NCBI RefSeq assembly: GCF_009914755.1 | Contig: NC_060925.1 | DNA length: 64,000 nucleotides | DNA from: the human T2T-CHM13v2.0 reference genome, Homo sapiens | Reading direction: 5' to 3' (one strand) | Shown: piece by piece, positions 45,990 to 63,347 of the stretch | How the letters are laid out: every line of letters starts with the position of its first letter | Numbering within the stretch: position 1 is the first letter of the stretch | The notes under the pieces: model-generated | The model's input: the letters and a program-made list of their open reading frames with translations, nothing else | Told to the model about the DNA's origin: nothing | Databases searched by the model: none | Position numbers and translations under genes: made by a program

Positions 45990-47830
45990 TAGCAGCTCAT
46001 AATGAGGCTGTCATCTACTGCGGTGAGAGGGCAGAGAAAGTTAAGGTCAAAGTGGCCAAGCACCAGAAAAGGTTAAATGACCAACCAAAGCATATCTGTT
46101 ATGCAGGGTCAGGGCCTTGGCTGGGAAACAAATAGGACTGAACACTTGGAATCATGTGGTTGAATGCCCCTTCAAATTTTGAACTCCTAGACTTCTCTGA
46201 ATTCTTTCAGCCTGAGAAATGTCCATTCCTCCCTAATAAGAGCAAGAACTTCTCCTTGCTTGAAGACAATGAAGAGGCCTCTGATCTGAAAGACAACATA
46301 TAGCCCCCTCAGGACCTGTTCCCAATTTCTCCCTTACCAGTAGGCCTATAACTAGGATCAGGTCACGATATAATCCCACCAGCGTTAGACCATCCAAGGC
46401 TTGATAAGGGAGGAAAGGGACTATTCCCCAAAGGTACTACAAAACATAGTCAATATGTACCAGCAGAAGCTGGGCACTCAGTACTGGGCTGAATTCTGAG
46501 GGTGCTTCATCAAGGAGGCTGGAACATAAGATTGAATGGGGTGGGCTTATTGATTTCAGAGCACTCTGACAAAATACAAGATTTAACTTTCTGGCAAGGG
46601 CCCCAGGAGATGATGTAAACACCTTCTAGGATAGCTCCTAAAAGTAAGGAACAAGCAATGGACCACATCAAATGAAGTCAAAATGCCATAATTGCTGTGC
46701 CAGATGGTTGCAAAAGTGATTAAAAGGCTCAGAGAAGTAGGCATGCTGGAGTGGACATAGTAAATAAAACCAGAAGATTCACTAAATGATTGTGTTTCAT
46801 GAGAAGGCCAAGACCATTTACCAAGACCAGAAGGAATCTGCTGGTGAGAATGGCAGAAAGCTGCCACAGTAACCTCTGTGAATCAAAAGTTTGACCCCTG
46901 CTTAAAACTCTTTCCATTCTTCTGAGCATCAACAAAATGTTCCAGAGCCCTCCTCAGAAGGAGGTACTAGTAAGAGAGGTTATTTCATAAATAGACTTAC
47001 AAAGCAATTGGTATGATGCGGTCCCCAAAGCAGTGAAGGTCTGGTGGTGGAGCTTGACCGCCAGAAGTTAAGTAGACACAATTATCACAATGAAAGCGTG
47101 GCCTCAGTGGCAGCCAAGAGGGCCTAACCTGTGGAGATGCACTGAAATACCTAACAGAACATGGCGCTCATCGAGGCAAAAGAGATGGGCAGCCCACAAG
47201 GGTCATCACCAGCATTTACCTCCAAATAAATCAAGGACAGATGACAGGAGGCTGAGGGCAGATACTCTAAACAATGTCACAATCTCTTGTCCAATTTCTG
47301 GACTTGAATCTGTTTTCAAACTCAGACTCACTAGCTGAACTGGAGGCCAGTTCTCCAGGAGAAGGGACTCTGTAACACCACAGCAAGTGTACATGGTCAT
47401 CATTTCCCCAGTCCTTCCCCAAGGCACCTATGGCCATGTACTTAGATAGCTACACACTGAAGAAAAAGAAATACTCAAATATTTCAAGGGCTGTTGGACA
47501 GAGTTGACATGAATACTTAGCAATCAGAACCATCACCATGCCCTCTATCTCAGGGTGCAGGACTACAGGGCTAGGCAAAAGATCAAATCCTAGTCAGGGT
47601 CCAGTTTACAGTGTGTTCACTGGATCCATGAACTCACACAGTTGTCCTTTTCCCTGTCCTTGAATGTATAAATGGGTTTGATATACTTGGAAGTTGGTGC
47701 AACTTCTATACTGGGTCCTTGATCCATAAGATAAAAGCTACCATAGTGGGTAAGGCCAAGGAGAGGTCTCTGAAAATGCACTGCCCTCTCCTCTATCAAA
47801 AGAGTAAATCAGAAACAATATTGCATCTTA
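45990..47830 (+). mobile_element. ERVL-class internal region (gag-pro fossil)
   Basis: Broken translation gives ILRVLHQGGWNIRL, FNFLAR and IKRLREVGMLEW (ERVL gag), then NTQIFQGLLD (protease). Confidence 0.8.
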
Positions 47831-48481
47831 GAGAAAAGGCAAAAATTCATTGAATAATCTACTGTCATCATCCAGTATCCATTTGGTGTATTCAGGGCCT
47901 AGAGTGGCAAATTAAATGGAGATATCATGAGACCTCCATGAAGGGGGCTACCAAGCTGACTGAGAAGCAATCACAAGAGAGGTGGGAAAAGAACCAGGAG
48001 AGAGTGAAGTCATGGAAAGCAAGGGATTAAAGCACTAACACCAGCAGAGAAACAGAGTAAGGTCTGAAGGTGTCCATTGAATTTGGTGAACACTGTATCA
48101 CTAATAGCCTTAGAAATGGCAATTCTAGCCAAATCATTCACTCATTCATTTAACAAATATGTATTGCATGTGTCAGTGGGGAGGAGAGAAGAGGAGAGGA
48201 GAGGAGAGGGAGAAGAAGGGCTCCAGGCAGTTGAGATAGGATGTCCAAAGCTCAGCAGTTGATGCAGGGAAGAGTGTGTTTTCCTTTTCCAGTTACATTA
48301 ATTGGTGAGGAAGGGAAAAGTCTATAGAACTTATGTATGATTTCCTCAATTTCTTGATGAAATAGGAGCAGAACCATCTTCATCATAGGAGATGGTCTCA
48401 TGGTATCTGGGCAGCCAGGTATGGGTTGGTTGTGTTCAAACAAAATGACCACAGACTCTTCCTCAGCCTAATGGGGATGAC

Positions 48482-49070
48482 TGTTGTATTAGCTGGGGTC
48501 CATTCAGGAAAACAGAAACCAAGAAAACCAAGCTGGATGTTACAAATAGAGGGCAATTAAAGAACTGGTTGCAAAGAACTGGTTGCAAAAAATTGGAAGT
48601 CTAAGAAGACAAAAAGGCAAGCATGGATAGCCCAAATATTCGTAACTACTGGAAACAGCTATTAGTCAAAGGTTAGGGAAACAAAGGAGAACAGGTCTAA
48701 ACCCTAAGTCAGAGGAGGGCCCCCACCTACAGGCTGGTGCTCAGACCTCAGGAAAGGGCGTGACTGGCCGGTGCAGGTTCTGCAAAGAGGGAATAGTGCA
48801 ACTGGTTTGGGGGGTGCCAACTGAAACTGGGGCTGAAGCCATAGCTGCATTTTGCTGCTGTTTTTGCCGTAGCGACACCAACGCTAGAAACAGAAAAAGT
48901 CCCTCCTCTTTTCATCGTCTAATCTCCCTCTTCCTATTAGCTAATCTCCCACTGGCTAATAGAGAGCCAACCAGAAAGAGTTTCTGGGAAATGTATTTTG
49001 CAGACCCCGACCCCACCATCACAGAACAGACCATAGAACAGCGGTTTGGGAGCTGAAAGACAAGAGCTGA
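48482..49070. mobile_element. Old unclassified LTR-like element
   Basis: tgtattagctggggtccattcaggaaaacagaaacc start. Internal 14-bp tandem duplication aaagaactggttgc. Confidence 0.45.
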
Positions 49071-49071
49071 A

Positions 49072-49483
49072 TGCTCTGGTCTGAATGGCTGTGTCTCTCC
49101 AAGATCTATATTTTGAAATCCTGACCCCTAAGGTGATGGTGGTAGAAGGCAGGGCCTTTGGGGGGTGATTAGATCATGGGGTCTAATTCAGTGTCTCGTG
49201 AGGGCCTGTTTTCTGGTTCATAGGTGGCACAGAGCCCTCATGAATAGAATTAGGGCCCTTATAAAAGAAACTCCGGAGAGATCCCTCGCCTCTTCTGCCA
49301 TGTGAGGACACAGTGAGAAAACGCCATCTATGAACCAGAAAACAGGCCCTCACCAGACACCAAATCTGCCGGCCCCTTAATCTTGAATTTCCCAGCCACC
49401 AAAACTGTGAGAAATAAGTTTCTGTTGTTTATAAGTCGCCCAGTTTATGGCATTTTGTTATAGCAGCCCAAATGGACTAAGGC
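49072..49483 (+). mobile_element. MLT1A/MLT1A0 solo LTR with an internal inverted duplication
   Basis: tgctctggtctgaatg...ttgttatagcagcccaaatggactaag. Confidence 0.88.
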
Positions 49484-49954
49484 CATAAATAAACACCACA
49501 ACTATATCAGAGTATAGAGATGACTGGAGGGATATAAACAAAGAGGCTGGTGTTCTGTGACCCCAAGGCCAACAAGTGTGGGTGCTTTTGCCCACCAGGG
49601 AGCCCAGCAGTTGTGAGCTATGACCAGGCATTTCATTTCCTCTTTGGTGGCTGGTATTGCCATCTGCAGAGAAGCCACAGAGCCTGACAGCAGAGAGAAC
49701 ACAGCATTGGCAATGGTCCTGAGCACATGTGGCCAGTGCTCTTTGTGATTGCAGAACCTGGGGTTCAGGAAGGCTCTCCACAGTCTCTTCCTCGTTATTA
49801 CGATTTTCCTAGGTAGAAAAGCATTCGAAGGGCTTCCTAGGGCAGCCAGACCATATGAACTAAATTTAGAGGAGAATAAATTGCAAGCCATGTTTGGAAG
49901 AGAGTTGAAACATCTCCTTTTTTCCCTCCTTTACAATATGGGAAGGAAATTTTA

Positions 49955-50350
49955 AACATAAGTGAATGTTTAAAAATCAATAGCTTTCTTATGTTGCAAA
50001 GGTAGCTAATTAGAAAATACAATAGAAAAGTATCCCATTCTTAATATCAATAGAAATTATAAATATCTAGGAATAAACTTAACAAGAAACATGTAGAATC
50101 TACTTATAGTTGAAAAAAACTTTGAAAATTTAAAGGACCGAAAATAGCACTGGAATAAGAAAAGAGATGTAGTCTACTGGAAGTTTAAATATCATTAAAT
50201 ATAAATTATCCACCAACTGATTTAGATTTTTAATAACGTTACAAAGCAAAACCCCACAGCAGCTTTTAACCTAATATATGTCCAAATATCCAGAAAAATA
50301 ATTTTATACAATTTTGTAAGAATATAAATGACAGAATTATTCTAAAAAAC
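49955..50350 (+). mobile_element. Ancient L1M ORF2 fragment
   Basis: aaatcaatagctttctt (KSIAFL), ataaatatctaggaataaacttaacaag (KYLGINLT). Confidence 0.7.
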
Positions 50351-50548
50351 AGGTTGGCTATATGAATCAAGGATTCTTTTAAATCAAGTCTGGATGGCTC
50401 ATGGTCAGGAGTCTGAGACCAGCCTAGGAACAGAGCAAGATCCTATCTTTACAAAAAATTGAAATTAAAATTTAAAAAAAGAGAATCTTAAGTAAGATAT
50501 TTATACAGACAATTAAAAGGCATATTATCTTGAGTACTCAAATATGTG

Positions 50549-50862
<314 letters not shown>

Positions 50863-50945
50863 TCAGGATAAATGTTTAACAGAACTCAGAACACAAACAC
50901 CTAAATGTTACCAATGGTTAACCCTAGTTAATGAAATTCTCAGTA

Positions 50946-51271
50946 ATTTTTATTTTATTTTATTTTATTTTATTTTATTTTATTTTATTTTTTTGAGACA
51001 GTCTTGCTCTGTCACCCAGGCTGGAGTGCAGTGGCGTGGTCTCGGCTCACTGCAACCTCCGCCTCCCAGGTTCAAGCTATTTTCTGCCTCAGCCTCCCGA
51101 GTAGCTGGGATTACAAGCACCTACCACCACACCCAGCTAATTTTTGTATTTTTAGTAAAGACGGGGTTTCACCATTTTGGCCAGGCTGGTCTTGAACTCC
51201 TGACCTTGTGATCCACCCACCTCAGCCTCCCAAAGTGCTGGGATTACAGGCGTGAGTCACTGTACCCGGCC
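50946..51271 (-). mobile_element. AluS with (TTTTA)n tail
   Basis: Full dimer. Confidence 0.95.
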
Positions 51272-51937
51272 ATATTTTAGTCTTTATATTTTGGGGTGTG
51301 TTTTAATTTTTACCATGAAAACCTTATTTAACCAGAAGGGGGAAAAAAACTATCCTTTCAAAAAGAGGAAACAAGAGGCACTTGATTTCCTCTAAATTTT
51401 CTTTCAAAAATTCAACAACTCTAAGGGCTGATATGTGCCAGGCACTGTGTTGCAGTCTGCCATTTGAAGGTCAGACCACTTTGATCAGAGTTGAGGGTCT
51501 ACATTAGGATGTAGGAAAAAATGGGGCTAGAAAGATGGATTGAACCAGGTTGTTCATGGCATTTTAGGTCAGACAAGGGAGGCTGGACTCTACTTTGCGA
51601 GCTTTGAAGTGTAAAGGTGATTATGATAAAGAAAAACTAGGAATGTAGCAATCGCCTATTGAAAAAAAACAAAAAACAAAGATAGACTTTGATTCCATCC
51701 TTCTTCCTACACTGTGGAGGAAATTAATAAGCACCACTCCATCTTTTATATCATTGGGCAGCTATCTCTAACTTGTGAAGACTAAGCCAATAAAATGTAA
51801 GTATTGAAATTCCCTCCTTTCTGTACAAGGCCCATAGAGATAGAAGCAAACTGTACCAAAGCAGTATCAGACATAACAAAATCACAGGAGCTTCAGACAG
51901 CAGGAAGGGAAATGAGGTTAAAAGAGATGGACTTTTA

Positions 51938-52404
<467 letters not shown>

Positions 52405-52559
52405 TCAGATTTGCATCATAAAGATGCTTTCCAAACCCAAATTCATGATTTTTTGCCAAAAACTTCTGATTGTTTATGTTGGTGAATTATGGCACCATCT
52501 ACTGAAAATTGATAATCATGTCAGACTCTTCTCTTTCTCTCACCAACAGCATCCAATCA

Positions 52560-52935
<376 letters not shown>

Positions 52936-53031
52936 ATTAGATCTTCATCATTTTTCACTCGGATTACTGTGACAGGTCTCTCCCCCCAGTCCATTTCCCT
53001 CTTAATCTATGCTGCCATCAACACACGCTTG

Positions 53032-53392
<361 letters not shown>

Positions 53393-53819
53393 TTAAATAT
53401 TTCAGATCCCTTATGAGTCACTTAGACCCTTCATAGTCTGGTCCTGGGTGCTTCTTCAGCCTCTTTCCCTGACATTTCCCGGGAACATGCTGCATTCCAG
53501 CCATTTCAAACTATTTCAAGTTCCTCAAATAGCCCTTACCCTCTGACATGGCCCTGCTTTTGGTTGTGCTGTTTCTGTTGCACTCCCCCATTCGCTCAAT
53601 AATCCCTGTTTGTTTGCCCATCAAGATTCAACCAAGGGGTGCACCATCCAGGAAACCACCACTGATCCCCCAAATCTGAGTTCTAAGTCCCCACTCTGTG
53701 TTCATACAGTACTCTCCTGCATTAGCATTCATTTAACTGCTGTAGCTGTTTAAACGTCCGTCTCACTCACCATACTGAGAGCCTAGGGAAGAGACTGTCT
53801 TTTATTGTGAGCATCAGTT

Positions 53820-54348
53820 ATACTGTTCTGCCCAGGACCATCCTTTTCACTGGGAAAGTGCTACTCCTTTATCCCATGTGGTTCAGCTGAGACTATTAAT
53901 CACACTTCCCTGTCTACCTACTTGCAACAGGCTTGGGCACGTGACCCAGGCCTGGCCAATCATGGTACCATATCTTCTTAACAATAATGTCTGATCCAAG
54001 CACTGGCAAATTGAAGAGAGTCTTTCCATGACATTAATATATGGATCCAGGAAAGAGAAGATTCTTCTTTTACTTTAGAATTGAAAAATGATAGTGGCCC
54101 TGGACCATCAGCAGCCATCTTTCTCCCCTCATGAAAAGAGCACATCCATGGATTTAACTTAACATTAGAGGAGGTACAATGAGAATATGGAAATAGAGCC
54201 TAAATAATTTTATTTTGCCCCTAGATCTAGCATATGAGAAGCAAATATGTTCTGCATTTCCCAGTTTATAAGCCAATAAATTCTCCTTTGTGCTTAAAGC
54301 ATTCGAGTTACATTCTGACACTTGCAACCAAGAATCCTGACAAATACA
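53820..54348 (+). mobile_element. Old ERVL LTR (LTR16/LTR33-like)
   Basis: gggcacgtgacccaggcctggccaatca...gccaataaattc...cacttgcaaccaagaatcctgacaaataca. Confidence 0.7.
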
Positions 54349-54375
54349 TCTTTGGAATTTGTATCTCCTCTGAAT

Positions 54376-54462
54376 TACAGTGACTGGTACATAGGACTCA
54401 AAAATATGTACATAGGACTGGTACATAGTACAGTGACTGGTACATAGGACTTAAAAATATGT
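54376..54462. repeat. Local duplication, 34 bp x2 at period 53, with sub-repeat spacer
   Basis: tacagtgactggtacataggactYaaaaatatgt at 54376 and 54429. Confidence 0.9.
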
Positions 54463-54917
54463 TACATGGATGAATGAACAGCTTAGCAAAAGGTCTGGGA
54501 ATGACCTCTGCGTAAAGTGAATTTCTGCTGCCCCCAAAACTGCCTAGTGTGTGCTGTTCATCAACAATGCACCCACTTCTTGCACTTTGATGTAGAGAGG
54601 CCATACCACCTGTGTCTACATGTGGTTACTACTTAAACAATACTTACATAGTTAGCGAGTGGCCAAAATGTCTATTAATCTGTAAACACTTGGAAAGAAT
54701 CCAGTTTGTATTCTTATTTTCCTGGTTTAAAGTGCTAAATGAACCAAAAGTTAGGGAAGCTCTTTTCAGAAAAGCCATCATGCCTGATCCAATCCACTGA
54801 ACAAAAGATTTAGGAGCTCTCCATCTGATATTAGTCTTTGGAATAGCCTTGACTTAAGTGTGCTTGAGCCTGTGACTGTGGGTGAAAGTGTGTGAGTGAT
54901 GATTTTCCTTCTTGCAG

Positions 54918-54999
54918 GTACCAATCGGGTAAATTCTCAAGTGTGTAGCTACTGAGGACTCTGCCTCAAATGGAAGAAGGCAGAGCTTCCAAACCATTA
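54918..54999 (+). other. Candidate 82-nt spliced exon (5'UTR, start-codon or lncRNA exon) of an unidentified gene
   Basis: Acceptor ttttccttcttgcag| and donor tta|gtaagt in non-repetitive DNA. Stops in all three frames. ATG at 54970 opens MEEGRASKPL up to the donor. Confidence 0.55.
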
Positions 55000-55817
55000 G
55001 TAAGTTAATCTCTGTCCTTGTTTTTTGGAGAATAAAATGTGGGCTTTTTTTTTTTAAATGAGCAAATTTTGTTTGATGTTAAAATGTTTTTCTCCATATG
55101 AGGTAAATGTTCTATTCAAAGTTATTTCTCTCTTTTTAAACACAGCAAATCAAATCTTCTTTTAATGCACATGTGAAAGTCATAGCATTTTACGTTCTAA
55201 AAACAATCCTAGGTTCTCTACATCAGAAACGATTCTGCTTGAATCCACTTAACTTATTCAAATATTTAGCAAGGTCAGCAGGATGCTTCTGAAATTTTTT
55301 CTTTCAATTATTCCTTAAGGTCAATAATCTAAAATTGCCAAACATGTGATGTATTTTTACAGCAAAAAATATGTAAAGAAAAATGAAAGCAAAAATTAGA
55401 ACTGGCTTCTTGTTCATGTGCTTTTGAGGGGTTAGTAAAATCTAAAAGTATATGAAGATTTCTGTTTGAAAATTAAGGGTCATGAAAGAGCCAAAACTAG
55501 GCATGACCCATTCCCACCCAGAGAATGAGAAGGAGGATTTTCAAAGAAAGTAGTGGCTTGTACAGGGATTTTGAAGTTTTCACAGAGTTCCCACATTTAC
55601 AAAGAAAAGTCAGGGGTTGCAGGGATTTGGAATAAGGTAGAGAGGGTTCGATTGCTTTGTGTAGACACCGGGAAGAATCTGAAACAGCCTTTTGGTTTCT
55701 GGGAAGGGGGTAGATGAGAGACTGAGCAGATGAGGGAGAAGGAAGGAGAGAAAGGAAACCATGGGCAGGCAGAAGGGGGAGGGGGGCAGACAAAGAACTT
55801 GTAAGAACAAGCCTACT

Positions 55818-56151
<334 letters not shown>

Positions 56152-56168
56152 TTAGATGCATTCATTTA

Positions 56169-56508
<340 letters not shown>

Positions 56509-57799
56509 AAAATGACAGCTAAAAGTTGTATATACTTATGGCATATGACATGATGTTTAGAAATGTAGATGCACTGTGGAATGGCTACATCAAGCTGATT
56601 AGCATGTGCCTTACCTCACAGGCTTATCATTGATTTGTGATGTGGACACTTAGAATCTACTCTCAAGTTTTATTTTAAGCTATGTTGCTACATCTCCCAT
56701 TGTCTTAACAAACTTTAATTTACCCTACATATGGAGGTTGTTTGTGATTAAAACACACACAACAGAAAAAAAAAAAAGCACCAGAGAGGCTGTGTGGAAT
56801 GTGGAACGGTAACCTTCCAAATCATAGTGGAAAGAGGGAAAAGTTTATAAGGGCAATTGTGAAGGGTAATAAATAACGATAGACAGGCTTGAGCGGAGGA
56901 AATCTAGATTGAAAAAATCTACATATGCTATATAGGAATAAAAATGTATTAAAGTCATATGATTATTTCACTATGTATGTAGGCACATCATTTGTAAATA
57001 CAGCTAGAAACTGTAATTATAGAAAACATTTCACATGGTCTTTAATATTTAATTAGTCTCCCCACTGGAAATCAACCACGTAGAAAAGAAACGCTTTCTC
57101 AATAGGTTAATATTAATTACTTAACAACCCTGACATCGATATTTATGGAATACTTATGAAACAAGCTTTCATGAAGTGGAAACATGTTCATCCATCTACT
57201 GGGAGGCTTACGGCATTTTTCAAAGTGTCAAATTCACTTTGCGCTCTGCCTCTTTATGTTGTGAAAATTTGAAATTACTGTTGATTTGAAGGCTCTTCAA
57301 AAGACTCTTTTTTTATCCCAGCTGAGAATAAAAAAACTCAGAACAGATTAATCTGGTATTCTTAAAGTATGTCACTTCCTAATCTTGCAAAAGGGAAATG
57401 ATAACCATATGAGACAAAGAAGTCTTACGAAGTAGAAGAAACTAGAGAGATAACGCCAATGTATACTGTCAACGACACAAAAATATAAAATTAGAAACCA
57501 GTCTTAGGAGGAAGTAGAGAAAGACAGTAAGTATCTGACATGGTTTGAAGAATGTTAGGAAAGATGCCTCATCACTAGAACAACTTTGTTCAGAACCACA
57601 GCACAGCGGTGCCTGGTGATCATTTATGCTTACATCCATTCTTTCAGCAATACGTACTGAATTCCCACTCTGCCCTATCTTGACCTTGGTGCTGGGTGCA
57701 ATGACAAATACAACCCAGTCACTGTCCTTGGGAGCTCATTGTCCAGGTGCAGAGGCACACAAGTAAAAACAGTTGCAATACACTGTGCTAAGCATATCA

Positions 57800-58193
<394 letters not shown>

Positions 58194-59282
58194 TCAAATA
58201 AATACACAATTCAAAACACTTTTTTCTCTTTAATACTTGCAGGTTCCTCTATTGACTAATCCTGTTATGAGAGTTTATATGTAATTGGGCAAGGTGCACT
58301 AAACTCCAAACTGATTCCGGTTCTGACTCTGCCCCTTACCAGCCCCAAAACCCCCAGCAAGTCCAGTGAGGCCTCAGAGCCTTAATGGCCTCTTCTACAA
58401 AATTAGTGCATTTGTCCTGATGATCTATAAGCTACTTGTCCAGCTTGACAGTCTAAGAAGCTTCATTTAAAATGTAAATGTTATCCTCAAAGGGTGATGC
58501 ATGAAGCCAATGGGACTGTATTGTGCATTAGTTAATTAAATTAGCTAGCCAGTCACCTTGCAGAGCCCTGAGAAAAAGGGACACAGGTAAGATTCATCTC
58601 AAAAGATGGGGGAAGAGCTCTAGATTTGCGGTGGGTAAGAGAATTGGAGATCTTGGCAAATAGAGGCAGTGAAAGGCATTGAGCCCCTGGAGGATGTAAC
58701 AGGGAGGAAGGAGAACCACAGACAAATTTTTAACATATTATAGGAAAGTGTTTCTCAGCCTTGCTTTCAAAATAAAGCATTAGAACATGTAATATGATCA
58801 AAGACTGCAACAGCTTCAAACTATATAGTAAGGGCTTGGGCCAGCTGTCTGGTTGAAAAGAGTCGCTCAGGGAACTTTCTTGAGGGTATGTTTGCATTAC
58901 ATCTGCACAAACCACTTTTACTTGGACTGTAAGTTTATCTAGGATGATGGGTATGTAGGGGGAGTGAGGATGAGATTATATGGGATAGTTTAGGGCCCAG
59001 CCAAGTGACTCCCTTGACACCGAGACTGACCAAAGAAGAAGAAAGGAATTGAAAATTCTCTTCCTTTTCCTTAGAAAGCACCTTCCACATCTCTACTTAG
59101 CTCAAGCAGTTAGCTCAGACTTCACCCCTCTGCTCACCACATAGCTTCCCACACTGACCACATCGACAAAAGTAAGAGAACTGACCTACTGTGCTTTCCA
59201 CCTTCCCTGACACACAAAAGCCCCTGCCCAGATGCTATGAGCTTAGCAGCCCTAGCAAAGGACAGATGTAAAGGCAGGTTGA

Positions 59283-59917
<635 letters not shown>

Positions 59918-60988
59918 TTACCATATTCACTTCTAAGAGTAGACATTTTTACAGTGGATACAACCTTATTGCATTATTTTCCCCAACCAAAGATAACTTA
60001 CTTTTCAGGGCAATACAAAGAGCCATATCAACAATGGCTAGAGTTAAGTTATGGAGATCTGATGGCTAGCAGAAATGGAAGACCCTGTGTACAAATGAGG
60101 TTTAAGCAGCGCCATGTTGAGTCCTGGTAACCCACTGGGTAACACTGATCCAGTGTTGGTCAGTTTCACACATTTACAAGAGTGTAGAACTCTGATCGCA
60201 GAGTAGTTGTGGAACAGCATTCATATTTTACATAATACATGTTAGATTATATTTGTCCTATGTAAACTCTGACACCAACCTGTTTAAAGTAATTTGAAAG
60301 ATGAGATGCCCCCAAATAAGTTCTTCATTTGAAAAAATAGAAACTATATCCACATCCAGTCGTCTGTTTTACAAAAACTGCTCTTGTATGACTGAAGCAG
60401 ACACGCGTTCACCTATGATTATGCTCCTTGATTTCTCACATCCAGCAGAGTCCTTGCATGGGTCAAATCTTTGCACGTCCAAGGTCCTGGCTTTCCTCAG
60501 AGTAAGCCTGCTCCTTTTGCTTTTCTGCTTGGGGTCAACCCTGATGACTGTCACCCTGATTCCTGCCTTCCTACTTCCTCCAGAGCTTGTCTCATCAATT
60601 GCCCCTAGTGTCCTATCCTACATCCTCAACCACCCTCTCCTTCTTTGCCTTCCCCCTCAGCCCATAACAATGCTTAAATCTCTTACATCCAAACAGAAAC
60701 TGTCCCTTTCCTCTGTATTCTCCCACTAGTGGCCATCTCATCTCTCTTCTTTATATATAAACTTCTTTATGCTTTTTTTACAGCCTCATATCCATTAACC
60801 CTTCACAGGCTATTATCCTATTGCTATTTCTGCTAACAAGCAGGCTCATGAATAAATACATGAGCATCAAAAGCAGCTATGGGGCAGTGATGACCAGACT
60901 CAGTACCTGGTTAACACCTTCATGGATGTTAAACATTTCAGTGGTGACAAAGGAAGTGGCTTCCTAGCCCCAAATACCTGATCTCTAA

Positions 60989-61396
<408 letters not shown>

Positions 61397-62747
61397 CTCA
61401 TTTCTTATATAAAATCCTCTAATTATATAAAATCTGCTAATGCTTCAAAAGCCTAGAGTGTTTTCTATCTCCTATACTGAGCCCTGACTAATAAAGTTTG
61501 TGAGACTGTAAGTAGTTATAGACAGCAGACTCACCAACAAGGATTTGGGAATGGTTATCTGATTTGGTTGGGTTTGAAGGCAGGGCTGATTCAATTGCCA
61601 CTGAAAAATGGGAAACTGGCAGCCTGTGGCACAGTTGCAAAGAGTTATTTAAACTGTCACACTGCTGGTGGGCTTACATTAAGTGCCTCTTGAAGCATGC
61701 CTTTTGGTGTATCAGTATGGCAAGAATGGGGCAACCAAGGACTACGGGGCAGGCTGAATACTTCTGAGTCCCCGAAGAGCTTAAAGAAAGGCTCAGGCCT
61801 TTACGTTTCTTTAAATTCTAAGCTCAAGGCAAAATTAGAAGATTGGAGAGTTTCTGTAACTGCCATCAAACAATCTCTAATCTCTTAAACTGAATGGGAT
61901 GATGTCCAAAAGTAAGATGCCAAAGCTGATCATGCGAGTTTTAAATCACAAATTAAATTGAATTCACAGCCTCACTGGGTCTTCTATGTGCAAGTTAGAC
62001 TTTGGTTAAGAAAGAGTGGAACTTTGAGAACTGAAATGAGAACAGTTGCGCAAATTCAGATGAATATGAGTCCTTGGAGCCCCCAATATCCACTGTGCCT
62101 TGCTCACCAGCAGAAGCAACCCTTCTTCCCCACCCAATCATGCCAGTTCTGCTTTGTGTGGAGACCCTGCAGTGACCTCCCCGAGATATTTACCTTCAAG
62201 AAGATGCCAAATATCTTCATGTTCCACCACAACAATTATCATTGTCTTGTGACCTATTAAAAAAAGCCAAATCCCATCATGCCTCAGGGAGACAAGAAAG
62301 TTTAGCTATTTAAATATTTGCAATTTCCTGCTTATTTATAGCTCTAGAAGCCCAGGGAATATGTGTGATCATGGACCCATATAGGGGAAAGGCTAGATCA
62401 AACAGAAGGGATTATTATCATCATGGATTCGTTTGCTAGATTTTGAATTCAGTGATCTAATTCAAGAGAATTATCTAATTCAAGAAGATCAAATGAAATC
62501 TGGTTTCAAAAGAGGCCTACCCTAAGTGTTATCAAAAATTCCTTGACATAATGTAGAGGCAAAAAAAAAATCCAAAGATTTGGGGAGTTAATAATGTTAA
62601 AATGGAAATACTATGCATGACCTGTTCATTCACCTTCCGTGTTGGCCAAAAGAGACCAAAGAATGTGCTCCCTTCACTAAGACACAGAGAAGTACATCTG
62701 TGGTTCAAGCACCAATATCCTTTAAAACAATACAGTGATTGCCAAGG

Positions 62748-63347
<600 letters not shown>

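Noticed and set aside
54376-54462. Repeat-spacer-repeat resembling a CRISPR array
   Set aside because: Only two units, the spacer is derived from the repeat, the context is eukaryotic and there are no cas genes.
60141-60157. aacactg-atc-cagtgtt palindrome
   Set aside because: A 7-bp stem is expected by chance in 64 kb.
60301-60729. 142-aa hydrophobic ORF
   Set aside because: 3' half overlaps pyrimidine-rich L2-like sequence; no family recognised.
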